DNA of 25,467 bases from a virus. Its lineage: Duplodnaviria > Caudoviricetes. The stretch covers positions 1 to 25,467 of the IMG/VR virus record IMGVR_UViG_3300037782_000033; one strand, given 5' to 3'. Shown piece after piece: positions 8,702-17,884 of the stretch (within the stretch, counting starts at the first letter, position 1; every line of letters begins with the position of its first letter). Position numbers and translations under genes: made by a program. Under the pieces are notes generated by a model. The model saw only the letters and a list, made by a program, of their open reading frames with translations, ran no database searches and was not told the origin of the DNA.

Positions 8702-11700
8702 TGGCAGAAGGGAATATCACCAGAAAAGATTTAATAACCGACGAAGGTATAAGTTGGGGTTCTGAGTATGCCAAAAACCTTCAGATTGCCATAGATAAGA
8801 ATGAAGAGCTTGTAAAGTCCTCAAAACAATTATTTGACCTATACAAGCAATTACAAGGTGTTACAAATAACAAGCAACTTATCACTATTCAAAACAAGCA
8901 AATACAGATTACCCAAACTGCCACAAAAGCATACGAAGATCAAGGCAAAGCATTAGCCAAAGTAGATGAAGAACGTCAAAAGTCTTTATCTAGTTTATTG
9001 CGTACCACTAACAAATTACAGAACGTTAACACTACGACTAATAAACAAAATATTGAAGCCAGAGAAACATTAAGACTTCAAAATTTAGAGATTAAAAGAA
9101 ACCTAACGTTTATGGGTCGTTTGACAAATGAGCGTGATAAGGCTCGTAAATCCGTTCAGGAACTACAGGCTAAGTTAGCACTTGGGAAAAAACTAAGTGA
9201 CCAAGAGCAAAAAGAATTAAGGGAATCTACCAAACTATTTGAAGAATATAATAAGAAAGTCCAAGCGATTAAAAAAAGTACAGGACAATTTCAAGAGAAC
9301 GTCGGTAATTATCCTAAGTTTTTTAGTGGTGCAATAAAATCAATAAAAACATTTTTACCATTAATAGGTGCAGGATTTGGACTGCGTGAAGCCTTTAATT
9401 TTGCAAAAGAAGCTAGACAATTAGCCATTGAAGCCAAAGGTGTTGAGTTTGCATTTGATAGATTAGGCGATACTGGTGTTGATGCCTTTGAACGTGTTAA
9501 AGCATCCACTAGAGGATTGCTTTCTGATTTAGACATTAAAAAATCTATAGTTGAGTTTGATAACTTCAACCTTGATTTAGAAGAAATGGACACCTTATTA
9601 GAGTTTGTTTCTGTACGTGCAGCTCAAACAGGTAAATCATTTGAGCATTTAAGGGATTCGCTTGTAGAGGGTCTATCCAAAGAATCCAAGCTGAGAATAG
9701 ATAACCTTGGTATATCTGCAACTGAATTAAATGCAGAACTTGAAAAAACACCAGACTTTGTTCAAGCAGTTGCAAACATAGCTAAAAAAGAAGTTGCAGA
9801 AGCAGGAAGTGTTTTAGATGATGCTGGTAACTCTCAACAAAAATTTAATGCAGCATATCAGAATTTTCAGTTAGCAATAGGTAAAGGATTAGTTGCTAAA
9901 GCTAGTGATGCTATGTACGATTTAGGTCGTAATATTTTAGATGTCATCACACCTACCAAAACTTTAGTTACTGAAATTGAAAAAGAGCAAACCGAACTTA
10001 ACTTATTAGTTAATAAAATAACTGACGTTAACACATCTAACGAAGAACGTGAACGATTAATAGGAAATTTAAAAACGCAATACCCAGCATTTCTTCAGTT
10101 TCTTAATGATGAAAAAACAGATAACGAAAGTTTATCTACAGCACTTGCAGAAGTTAACCAACTTTATATTAAAAGAATTGCATTACAACAACAGCAAGAA
10201 ACCATTGAAGAACTTTTAAATAAGTCAGGTAAAGAAGCTTTTAGACAAGCTAAAGCACAAGTTGAAGTAGACAAAGAACTAATTAGAATCAATAATACCG
10301 TTTTAAAAGGGTCTATTGACTTAACTAATAAATCCTACCAAGAACGTATAGATGCAGTAACTGAAGCATTAGAAGTAAACGCAAGGTTTAGCGAGAGCCA
10401 ACGTACAGGTGTTAGAACTGCCTTAAATAGTGAAGCAAAAGCCTTACAGTCTTTAAATAGTGATATAGGTAAAACCATTTCTACCAAGATAAGACAAAAT
10501 AGAGTTAATAAAGAATTGACTGAACAACAGGATTTAATGTTGAGACTAGAAGAAAACATGGGTACAACATTAGAAGAAATCAATGCTTTGTTTGCAGCAA
10601 ATACCGCAGCTAAAAATAAAAATGCAGATGCTACAGGACTATTAACAGATAAAGAACAAAAAGCCTTAGAGCAAAGAAAAAAGCAACTAGAACAGGATGC
10701 TTTCAATCTAGACAAACAACGTCTACAATCTCAAGCAGATGCACAAAAACGTATTTTAGATAGTGATAGCGAAACTACTTCAAAGCGTTTAGCAGCAGTT
10801 GTAAATTATACCGATAAATCCATTCTGTTATTACAATTAGAACGTGACCGCGCGATAAAACTAGCCAAAGGCAGAACGGATGAAATAAAGCGTATAGAAC
10901 TGGCTTATTCCGATGACTTTGATGCGTTGATACGTGAGCGTGAAGATAACGTTCAAGGCATTCTCCAAGATAGTTTTGAAAAGACCAAAGCCAGAATTGA
11001 AGCCGAAAACCAATTACAGCAAGATGCAACTAATGAACGTATCAATGAGGCTCAAGCAAAGTTAAGACAAGATTTAGAAACGCTTAACGGTCCAGCACGT
11101 TTAGCACGCATACAAGCCTATGAAGATGAAGTTACCCAAATAGAACGTAACGCAGCCGAAGAACGTCTAAAGAATCAAATTTCGGTAATAGAAAAAGAAT
11201 TGGCAAATCCAATGCTAGATCCTGAGCAACGCATCGCATTAGAACAAATGCTTGCAGATGCTAAGATTGCGTTAAGTGACGAACAGACAGATAATGCCAT
11301 AGCCAACGCAGAACGACAAGCCGAAGCCGAACAGCGATTGTTCGATATGAAACAACAGCTTATCGCTCAATCCTCTCAAAGTATTGCAGACAGTCTAGGA
11401 TTAGACGCCCGTAATATTGAAAGTTTACTTACATCTTTTCTACAAAAATCAGAAAAAACAGGTGATGCAATTATCGACAAATACAATGAGGTTTCAAGAA
11501 CAATATCTCAAATAGGCTCTGTGGGTGCGGTAGTTGGTGATGTGCTAAGTGCAGTATCCGAAGCTAACATAATGCGTATAGACGAGGAAATACAAGCCAA
11601 CGAAGAGTTCTATGAACGACAATTAGAGTTGGCTGGTGACGACGTAAGCCAACGCGAAGCATTAGAGCAAGAAAGAGAATTAAAACGAAAAGAACTTGAG

Positions 11701-12291
11701 AAAAAAAGACGTAAAGAAGAAGAGAAACAAGCCAAACTAGATAAGCTTATGTCTGTTTTTCAAATAGGCATTCAAACAGCTATAGGTGTATCTAAAGCTG
11801 TGGCAGCATCACCTTTAACAGGTGGTTTGCCGTGGTCTGCTATAGTCGCTGGTTTAGGTGCTATTCAAATCGCAGCAGTTTTAGCTAAGCCAATCCCAAA
11901 ATACCGTTACGGTACAGAAGATCACGTAGGTGGATTAGCTGAAGTTGCGGAAGTTAGACCAGAGGTCATCATGGAACCAGGTAAAAAGCCATACATCCAA
12001 AAAACGAGAGCGACCTTAAACCTTGCACCACATACTAAGGTAATTCCAAGTGTAGAGGAATTCTCAAACCAAATGATTGCAGCATCCATTATGACGAGCC
12101 TAGCGCATGATAAACATAACCTCAATCATTATGAGACTTTATTGGCATTTGAAAAATACTCAGATGAAATGGTAGGCGAACTAAAAGAAAATACCAGAGC
12201 TATAAAACGATTGAAGTTGGGTGTCAACATTCAGAATCAAAAATACGATATACCATATCAATTATTCCGTTCTCAAAACATTAAATGGTAA
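8701..12291 (+). CDS. Tail tape measure protein
   Basis: 1196 aa, coiled-coil rich; FQENVGNYP motif, hydrophobic segments, C-terminal AIQIAAVLAKPIPKY..GT...GGLAEVAE. Confidence 0.92.
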   Translation: MAEGNITRKDLITDEGISWGSEYAKNLQIAIDKNEELVKSSKQLFDLYKQLQGVTNNKQLITIQNKQIQITQTATKAYEDQGKALAKVDEERQKSLSSLLRTTNKLQNVNTTTNKQNIEARETLRLQNLEIKRNLTFMGRLTNERDKARKSVQELQAKLALGKKLSDQEQKELRESTKLFEEYNKKVQAIKKSTGQFQENVGNYPKFFSGAIKSIKTFLPLIGAGFGLREAFNFAKEARQLAIEAKGVEFAFDRLGDTGVDAFERVKASTRGLLSDLDIKKSIVEFDNFNLDLEEMDTLLEFVSVRAAQTGKSFEHLRDSLVEGLSKESKLRIDNLGISATELNAELEKTPDFVQAVANIAKKEVAEAGSVLDDAGNSQQKFNAAYQNFQLAIGKGLVAKASDAMYDLGRNILDVITPTKTLVTEIEKEQTELNLLVNKITDVNTSNEERERLIGNLKTQYPAFLQFLNDEKTDNESLSTALAEVNQLYIKRIALQQQQETIEELLNKSGKEAFRQAKAQVEVDKELIRINNTVLKGSIDLTNKSYQERIDAVTEALEVNARFSESQRTGVRTALNSEAKALQSLNSDIGKTISTKIRQNRVNKELTEQQDLMLRLEENMGTTLEEINALFAANTAAKNKNADATGLLTDKEQKALEQRKKQLEQDAFNLDKQRLQSQADAQKRILDSDSETTSKRLAAVVNYTDKSILLLQLERDRAIKLAKGRTDEIKRIELAYSDDFDALIREREDNVQGILQDSFEKTKARIEAENQLQQDATNERINEAQAKLRQDLETLNGPARLARIQAYEDEVTQIERNAAEERLKNQISVIEKELANPMLDPEQRIALEQMLADAKIALSDEQTDNAIANAERQAEAEQRLFDMKQQLIAQSSQSIADSLGLDARNIESLLTSFLQKSEKTGDAIIDKYNEVSRTISQIGSVGAVVGDVLSAVSEANIMRIDEEIQANEEFYERQLELAGDDVSQREALEQERELKRKELEKKRRKEEEKQAKLDKLMSVFQIGIQTAIGVSKAVAASPLTGGLPWSAIVAGLGAIQIAAVLAKPIPKYRYGTEDHVGGLAEVAEVRPEVIMEPGKKPYIQKTRATLNLAPHTKVIPSVEEFSNQMIAASIMTSLAHDKHNLNHYETLLAFEKYSDEMVGELKENTRAIKRLKLGVNIQNQKYDIPYQLFRSQNIKW

Positions 12292-14576
12292 TGATAGATA
12301 CAGCTTATATAGATAGAGTTTATTACGAGCTACAAAACAGCAATGTAGGTAATCTACCAGTGCCATCAGATGATATTATAGGCTGGAATGAGGACGACAA
12401 AGAATATGCACGCAATGATGATTACGAGGGTATATTCGCTAAGTTTTCAAACGCATTGAGATTTAAAGGTGCAGCCAAAGACTGGATAAATAATGCCATA
12501 TATCAATTAGACATCAACGCTAAGTTACGATTGGTAAAAAACGCACTAGACAATCAAATGCAATGGCAACGTTCTTATGAAGGTTTTTTATCTGTTCGTA
12601 CATGGGAATATAAAGACAACGTAGTGTCAATGAAGTTTGAATCTGGCGGTTTAGAAAACACACTAAAAACAAGACGCAAGGACAAAGTAGAACTTGAGCG
12701 CACCGAAACATTTACAGGTAAGGCTATACCAGAATTGGAACTAAAACAGCTCAACTTACCAGGTAGACGTATATTTTTAAATACCACATTTAAGACCGAT
12801 AATGTTAATAACGAAGCCAAAGCTACTGTACAATCAAATGATGGTGATGAAGTGCATAAAACAGTGGGTATTCCTTTACAGATATTGGGTTCTTCACATG
12901 ATTTATCCAATAGTGTAATAATGAACACTACGGGTAACGAGTTTGGTGGTAGTACAGGTATGATGTTTTATGCCTTGAACGACAGAACACGTTTAATGGA
13001 CATCAATTTGGATTTTGATTTTGATGCTTATTTTCAACAATACGAGAATGTGCAATGGTGCAGATATCAAGTGTGCTTAACAATATATGAGAATGGTGCT
13101 AATTATGATATTAAAGAACGAAGAGTTATTTACGAATTACGTTCATCAGGTGAAGGTGTAACAAGTAATCTTGTAAATGGTGGAACATCATTAAATAATT
13201 TACCCTCAAATCACGATTTTGCTTATCCGTCTTTTACCATTCCAATTGCAGGAAGTTATAATACTCAAATAGAATTATTAGAGGGTGAAAGCCTAGCATT
13301 AGAATGTTATCTAAATGCAGATTTATATGTAGACAATAACGCTGGTGTAAGATGCTTTGCTCAAAACATCGTTTCAAATTTAAAGATTGAAGAAGACAGT
13401 TATTACGAGCCAACACTTACGAATGGCATATTAGCCTATGAACTCTTAGAGCGTTTGGTAGAAATAATGACAGGCGACAAAAGCAACTTCAAGTCCGATT
13501 ATTACGGTAGGGTCGATAGAGGTTATCCGGTAGATGGCCCAGGGGCTTATACGTTTTTTGCACATGGCCATTGGATAAGACAGTTTACATCTGAAGACGA
13601 ACTCTACAAGCCCTTTGCAACGTCATTCTTGGATGCGTTTGAGAGCTTAGAAGTATTGCACAACGTAGGTTTGGGAATTGAGCGCATAGGATTTAAGGAA
13701 CGTATCATCGTTGAGGATTCTAAATACTTCAACAATAACAACGTCACCATAAGATTAGGCAAAGAGGTTAACGGTGTTTTTGAATATCTACAGGTTAAAA
13801 ATGTAGAACGCAAAGTTGCAGAAGATTATTACTACTCATCCATTACCATAGGCTCTGATAAAGGTGGCGACTATGAAGAAATAATGGGATTACAGGAAAC
13901 CAACACCCAAGCTAATTTCACAACCATAATTGAAGGTGCTACCAACGAGTACAAAAAAACAGCTAAGTACAGATGGGATCCGTATGGTGAAGAAATCATA
14001 AGACGACGTAACAAGATTACAGCACCAACAACAGACCAAAGTGGCGACTTGGATATTTGGGCTCATGATGTAAAACCTAGTGCAACTGGGATATTTGAGT
14101 TAAAGACTTGGCAGGATGTTTTAGAAGTTGAGCCAATTGGAATGTTCGACCCAGACAGCTCGTATAATTTCCTGTGGTCACCAGTACAGTTATTGTTAAA
14201 ACACGGTTACAAGTTAAGAGCAGGATTAAACAAATACCCTTTAGATTCAATAATATTCGGAAGCTCAACAGGAAAAAGCCAAGTTACCATACAAGCCATA
14301 GGGCAACCAGCCTATGCCGAAAACGGAAACGTACCAAACATAGATTTAGAACCAGCAAGAGACGTACCAAGAGAAGTTAAGTTTGAATTTAAGGTCGATA
14401 GGGAACTTATTAAAAAAATAGAGGGTTACACCATTCTACCAAACGGACAAAAGATACCCAACATCTACGGAAAAATAGAGTTTATGAATGAGTTTGGTGA
14501 ACTCGAAAAAGGAAAAATAATAAGTCTAAAGCCAAACGGAAAAGGACAATTCACATTAATACAAAGCGCGATATGA
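12285..14576 (+). CDS. Tail-tip/hub structural protein
   Basis: 763 aa directly after the tape measure (the true start may be ATG 12291); function from synteny. Confidence 0.65.
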   Translation: MVMIDTAYIDRVYYELQNSNVGNLPVPSDDIIGWNEDDKEYARNDDYEGIFAKFSNALRFKGAAKDWINNAIYQLDINAKLRLVKNALDNQMQWQRSYEGFLSVRTWEYKDNVVSMKFESGGLENTLKTRRKDKVELERTETFTGKAIPELELKQLNLPGRRIFLNTTFKTDNVNNEAKATVQSNDGDEVHKTVGIPLQILGSSHDLSNSVIMNTTGNEFGGSTGMMFYALNDRTRLMDINLDFDFDAYFQQYENVQWCRYQVCLTIYENGANYDIKERRVIYELRSSGEGVTSNLVNGGTSLNNLPSNHDFAYPSFTIPIAGSYNTQIELLEGESLALECYLNADLYVDNNAGVRCFAQNIVSNLKIEEDSYYEPTLTNGILAYELLERLVEIMTGDKSNFKSDYYGRVDRGYPVDGPGAYTFFAHGHWIRQFTSEDELYKPFATSFLDAFESLEVLHNVGLGIERIGFKERIIVEDSKYFNNNNVTIRLGKEVNGVFEYLQVKNVERKVAEDYYYSSITIGSDKGGDYEEIMGLQETNTQANFTTIIEGATNEYKKTAKYRWDPYGEEIIRRRNKITAPTTDQSGDLDIWAHDVKPSATGIFELKTWQDVLEVEPIGMFDPDSSYNFLWSPVQLLLKHGYKLRAGLNKYPLDSIIFGSSTGKSQVTIQAIGQPAYAENGNVPNIDLEPARDVPREVKFEFKVDRELIKKIEGYTILPNGQKIPNIYGKIEFMNEFGELEKGKIISLKPNGKGQFTLIQSAI

Positions 14577-16639
14577 GTTTTTCTAAGATAACATTAACAT
14601 TCAATGCCGATTTAGATTTAAAAGAGCGTATAGGATTTACAGCGTCCTTAAATTCCGTAAGCGTTTATGAGAATTGGGAAACACAAAGAACACAATCCAA
14701 TCAAGTTACGCAAGGAACACCTACAGGAATTGTCGGCGAAAGGTCGGCAATTAACTTTGTGGTAGCTTTTAATCTCGATTATAATAGCACCAACTTATAC
14801 GAAATTACAAGAACAGATAATGTCGTAGTCATAGAATCTAAAGTTGCCAACAACGACTTCTCAGGATTTTATAATTACGATGATTATACTACTGGGCCAC
14901 CTTACGGATTAAGCGGAAGTGTTACTGCGGTCATTGAAAACTTTACAGGTGATATTCTAACGATAGACGACGTTGAATTGTTGGAATCTGAATTTTTAAG
15001 CAATAGCCCATGTACGCATTATAGAGTGGCCATAACTACAAGTATATTGGTGACTGAATTCTATTTACAAGATGACCCAGATACAACTTATGTAAACATC
15101 GCAAACCCTTTAATTTTTGAACGTCCTAGAGGTGTCGGATTTAAGGTGATCTGTGAAAGTGCGGACGGTCAAATAGTAGATACACGAAAATTTAACTTTG
15201 AAGTTCCAGCACTTTTAACAAGCGCGAACATTTCGGTAAGTTCTACGAGTTCACCAAATGGTGGAACGGCCATAATCACGGTTTCAAACTTAGCCGAAAA
15301 TGGAACTATTGAGTATTCTTTGAACGATACGGACTGGCAAACATCAAATGTATTTTCAGGATTAGAAAATGGCAACTACACCGTTTACGTTCGTGATGGT
15401 TTTGGATGTTCGGCTAGTCTTGATTTTGTTATGGATGCTAATAACATTACCAATCCATACAGTTATATAAGTAAAAGCAACTCAATACGATTTGCAGTCG
15501 TTGAAGACTTTGCGCCTTGTGGTGCGTCACAAAATGATGAAAACACATTGAGCTATCAAGCCTTTGCACGCAACCAAAGATTGGCATACAGAGAACATCA
15601 ATGTTGGAACAGTTGCGATACCATTACAAGTCAATTGTGGTCTAACTATGAAAATATAGAAATTAAGATACTCAAAGAAGATGGTACTGAAGATACCGTT
15701 ACACCTTTGCAGTTAACTGAATTTATAGGCATCAAGGATGCCAGAGATGCTATAAGCTACGATTTAGGTGATGGTAAAACAGGAATTTATTTTACGTCTG
15801 GGAATATCTATGATTACGATACTGATGTAGATAGTGGAACGGACTACCTTTTAAACGGTGGTTTGCCAGAATGGGGCGTTATTGGAAACTACGTAAATAT
15901 AGGTGCTGCATGGTTTCAGATTGAGAATGTCATTTTTGATGAAGATTTACAAGCTGAAGTCTTGGTAATTAGTTCGGTATATTCTGGTGGTGCAACGACT
16001 AATATTATCACAAAATCTATTTTCAACCGTCAAGAGTTCAATGTATTTGAGTTTACGATTGCTATGTCGGCTTATAATAACTCATGTTTTCAAGTTCAAA
16101 TTACTGAAACCGATGATAGATTTCCTACAAAAGTTCGCTTATCGGAATTTCAGAACGTTAAGACCGAACAAAAGAACACCATAGAAATGATAAGCTACGG
16201 CATAGATAACACCGATGTGTTCTTTGCTAGTGGTATTCAGCATAAAGTAAGATTGCCGATTGTAAATATAGAAGGTGATTATGACCAAGAAAGCGAGGTT
16301 AACAAAGGTGACACATCCAGCGGTTTAGTGTCAGGCTCATTGCATGAAACAAATCTGTTTATCATTGGGCCAGTGACCAAGGAAATCTACAGAATGATTG
16401 TAGAACAAGCGAGTAATGAGGTGGTGATAATTAATGGTGTGTATTACATAAAAAATGGTGAAATACAGAAAGAAGGGCCTTTAGAAGAAAGTAATCTTTA
16501 TGAAGTCCGTTTACCAATGTTGAAATCAAGAGGCAGAGCTTATATCAATAGAGATGAACAACTAATAGCAACAAATGAAAGCTTAGAAGTGCCTAATCTT
16601 GTGATTGATGGTGATGGGAACTTTGTTTCTTATCAGTAA
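14573..16639 (+). CDS. Tail structural protein containing a SprB-like Ig repeat
   Basis: ATGA-coupled; segment EYSLNDTDWQTSNVFSGLENGNYTVYVRDGFGC resembles SprB-type repeats. Confidence 0.65.
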   Translation: MSFSKITLTFNADLDLKERIGFTASLNSVSVYENWETQRTQSNQVTQGTPTGIVGERSAINFVVAFNLDYNSTNLYEITRTDNVVVIESKVANNDFSGFYNYDDYTTGPPYGLSGSVTAVIENFTGDILTIDDVELLESEFLSNSPCTHYRVAITTSILVTEFYLQDDPDTTYVNIANPLIFERPRGVGFKVICESADGQIVDTRKFNFEVPALLTSANISVSSTSSPNGGTAIITVSNLAENGTIEYSLNDTDWQTSNVFSGLENGNYTVYVRDGFGCSASLDFVMDANNITNPYSYISKSNSIRFAVVEDFAPCGASQNDENTLSYQAFARNQRLAYREHQCWNSCDTITSQLWSNYENIEIKILKEDGTEDTVTPLQLTEFIGIKDARDAISYDLGDGKTGIYFTSGNIYDYDTDVDSGTDYLLNGGLPEWGVIGNYVNIGAAWFQIENVIFDEDLQAEVLVISSVYSGGATTNIITKSIFNRQEFNVFEFTIAMSAYNNSCFQVQITETDDRFPTKVRLSEFQNVKTEQKNTIEMISYGIDNTDVFFASGIQHKVRLPIVNIEGDYDQESEVNKGDTSSGLVSGSLHETNLFIIGPVTKEIYRMIVEQASNEVVIINGVYYIKNGEIQKEGPLEESNLYEVRLPMLKSRGRAYINRDEQLIATNESLEVPNLVIDGDGNFVSYQ

Positions 16640-16799
16640 GAGATTTAAAAGTATCCTTATCGATGTGTAGATGGTTATGAGTTTCGTGGGTATGGTTAAT
16701 AAAGGTGATGGTTTCTTTTTTATCATCAGGAATAAAGGAAGCAATGAGCTTACCGATAAGGTAGCCACCACCAACAAAAAGAATGAATATTAAAACCAT
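16593..16799 (-). CDS. 68-aa single-TM, His-rich moron protein
   Basis: Hydrophobic N-terminus MVLIFILFVGGGYLIGKLIA, then NHTHETHNHLHID; own -7 element TACCTTTG 4 nt upstream of the ATG. Confidence 0.7.
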   Translation of the reverse strand: MVLIFILFVGGGYLIGKLIASFIPDDKKETITFINHTHETHNHLHIDKDTFKSLTDKKQSSHHHQSQD

Positions 16800-16803
16800 T
16801 TAC

Positions 16804-16811
16804 CAAAGGTA
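16804..16811 (-). promoter_or_regulatory. -7 element TACCTTTG for the His-rich moron (probably leaderless)
   Basis: Minus strand reads TACCTTTG-GTAA-ATG. Confidence 0.55.
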
Positions 16812-16845
16812 ATGGATAAAGTTAAAAAAATTTATGTTAGATTAT

Positions 16846-16866
16846 TATTTAGAATGATTCTAAATA
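16846..16866. promoter_or_regulatory. Second Fur/PerR-family-like operator TATTTAGAATGATTCTAAATA
   Basis: Perfect 10-1-10 inverted repeat, identical to 984-1004 except the central base; lies between divergent promoters. Confidence 0.75.
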
Positions 16867-16879
16867 GTTGAATTTTAAT

Positions 16880-16887
16880 TATATTTG
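16880..16887 (+). promoter_or_regulatory. -7 element TATATTTG for the tail-fibre/lysis operon (probably leaderless first gene)
   Basis: TATATTTG-AAC-ATG; same octamer as at 1011-1018. Confidence 0.6.
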
Positions 16888-16890
16888 AAC

Positions 16891-17880
16891 ATGTCTTGGC
16901 AACAACAGATAACAACGCAACTCGCTAACATTCAGGCAACATTAACACAATTTGTTAGTAATGCTAAGAATATGCTTCTTTTCCCGCTAGCATCATTGCT
17001 TAACGGTGAAGATTACATTCATATCTCTCAAGGTGGTGTAGACAAGCGAACAACAATTACGACACTTCTGAGCTATCTCGAAGCCAATAATATATTCGTT
17101 CAGAACTACTACGAGACCATGAGCGGAACAAATCCGCTTTTGACTCAACAAAACCAACAGACCACAGGTCGCATTCAATATGTTGCAGATGCTACAGGGT
17201 TTCCTGGCGTGCCAGATGGTGAAGATGCGTATTTTGAAAAAAGAGATACCAATACACAATCTTATGCGGATTATAGATTGTTGGGCAATGATGAAGTAGA
17301 ACAGATTGTAAGCTCACAATCATGGAAAAATAAATACATCCGCCAAAAAACAACTGAAGGCAATATAAATCTAGGTGACGTTACAAATGGAAGTATAGCA
17401 GCTGTAACGGATAGCACGAATATAACGCACTTTATTTTCGATGAAGCCTTTACTTCTGTAATGGAAAAAGTCAGAACATTAAGCAGTTCTGATGCATTTA
17501 GTCTTAATATTTACAATGCCAATACACGCACTAATATAAGATGTGATATTATAAGTTATGAGCTTGTAGATAGTAGCACAAAATTAAAGATAGGTGTTTC
17601 AGGGGTTTCAGATGGTGAACTTGCGGAAACCCATACCCTACAATTTGAACTACCAGTAAAAAGAAGCACACCTTGGATTTATATAGACGGAAGCGATGTA
17701 TTAAAAGCTTCAGGAAATACGGATTTAACAAAACTTGAAAATGATGACATTGTAAGGGATAAAGTTATAGCCAATACTGGTGATTTCCCTTCACCTGTTC
17801 ATATCGCTTACGCAACTGTAACGGACGAAGAAAACACGGATTTATTAAATTCTTATGACATACCAACAACAGCACAATAA
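16891..17880 (+). CDS. Putative minor tail/fibre-associated protein
   Basis: ATG 16891 preferred over TTG 16885; LNGEDYIHISQGGVDKRTTI resembles fibre-anchoring N-terminal motifs. Confidence 0.55.
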   Translation: MSWQQQITTQLANIQATLTQFVSNAKNMLLFPLASLLNGEDYIHISQGGVDKRTTITTLLSYLEANNIFVQNYYETMSGTNPLLTQQNQQTTGRIQYVADATGFPGVPDGEDAYFEKRDTNTQSYADYRLLGNDEVEQIVSSQSWKNKYIRQKTTEGNINLGDVTNGSIAAVTDSTNITHFIFDEAFTSVMEKVRTLSSSDAFSLNIYNANTRTNIRCDIISYELVDSSTKLKIGVSGVSDGELAETHTLQFELPVKRSTPWIYIDGSDVLKASGNTDLTKLENDDIVRDKVIANTGDFPSPVHIAYATVTDEENTDLLNSYDIPTTAQ

Positions 17881-17884
17881 TATT

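Noticed and set aside
13296-13318. Third Fur-like box (TTAGAATGTTATCTAAAT)
   Set aside because: Inside a CDS, with wrong spacing and mismatches; likely chance.
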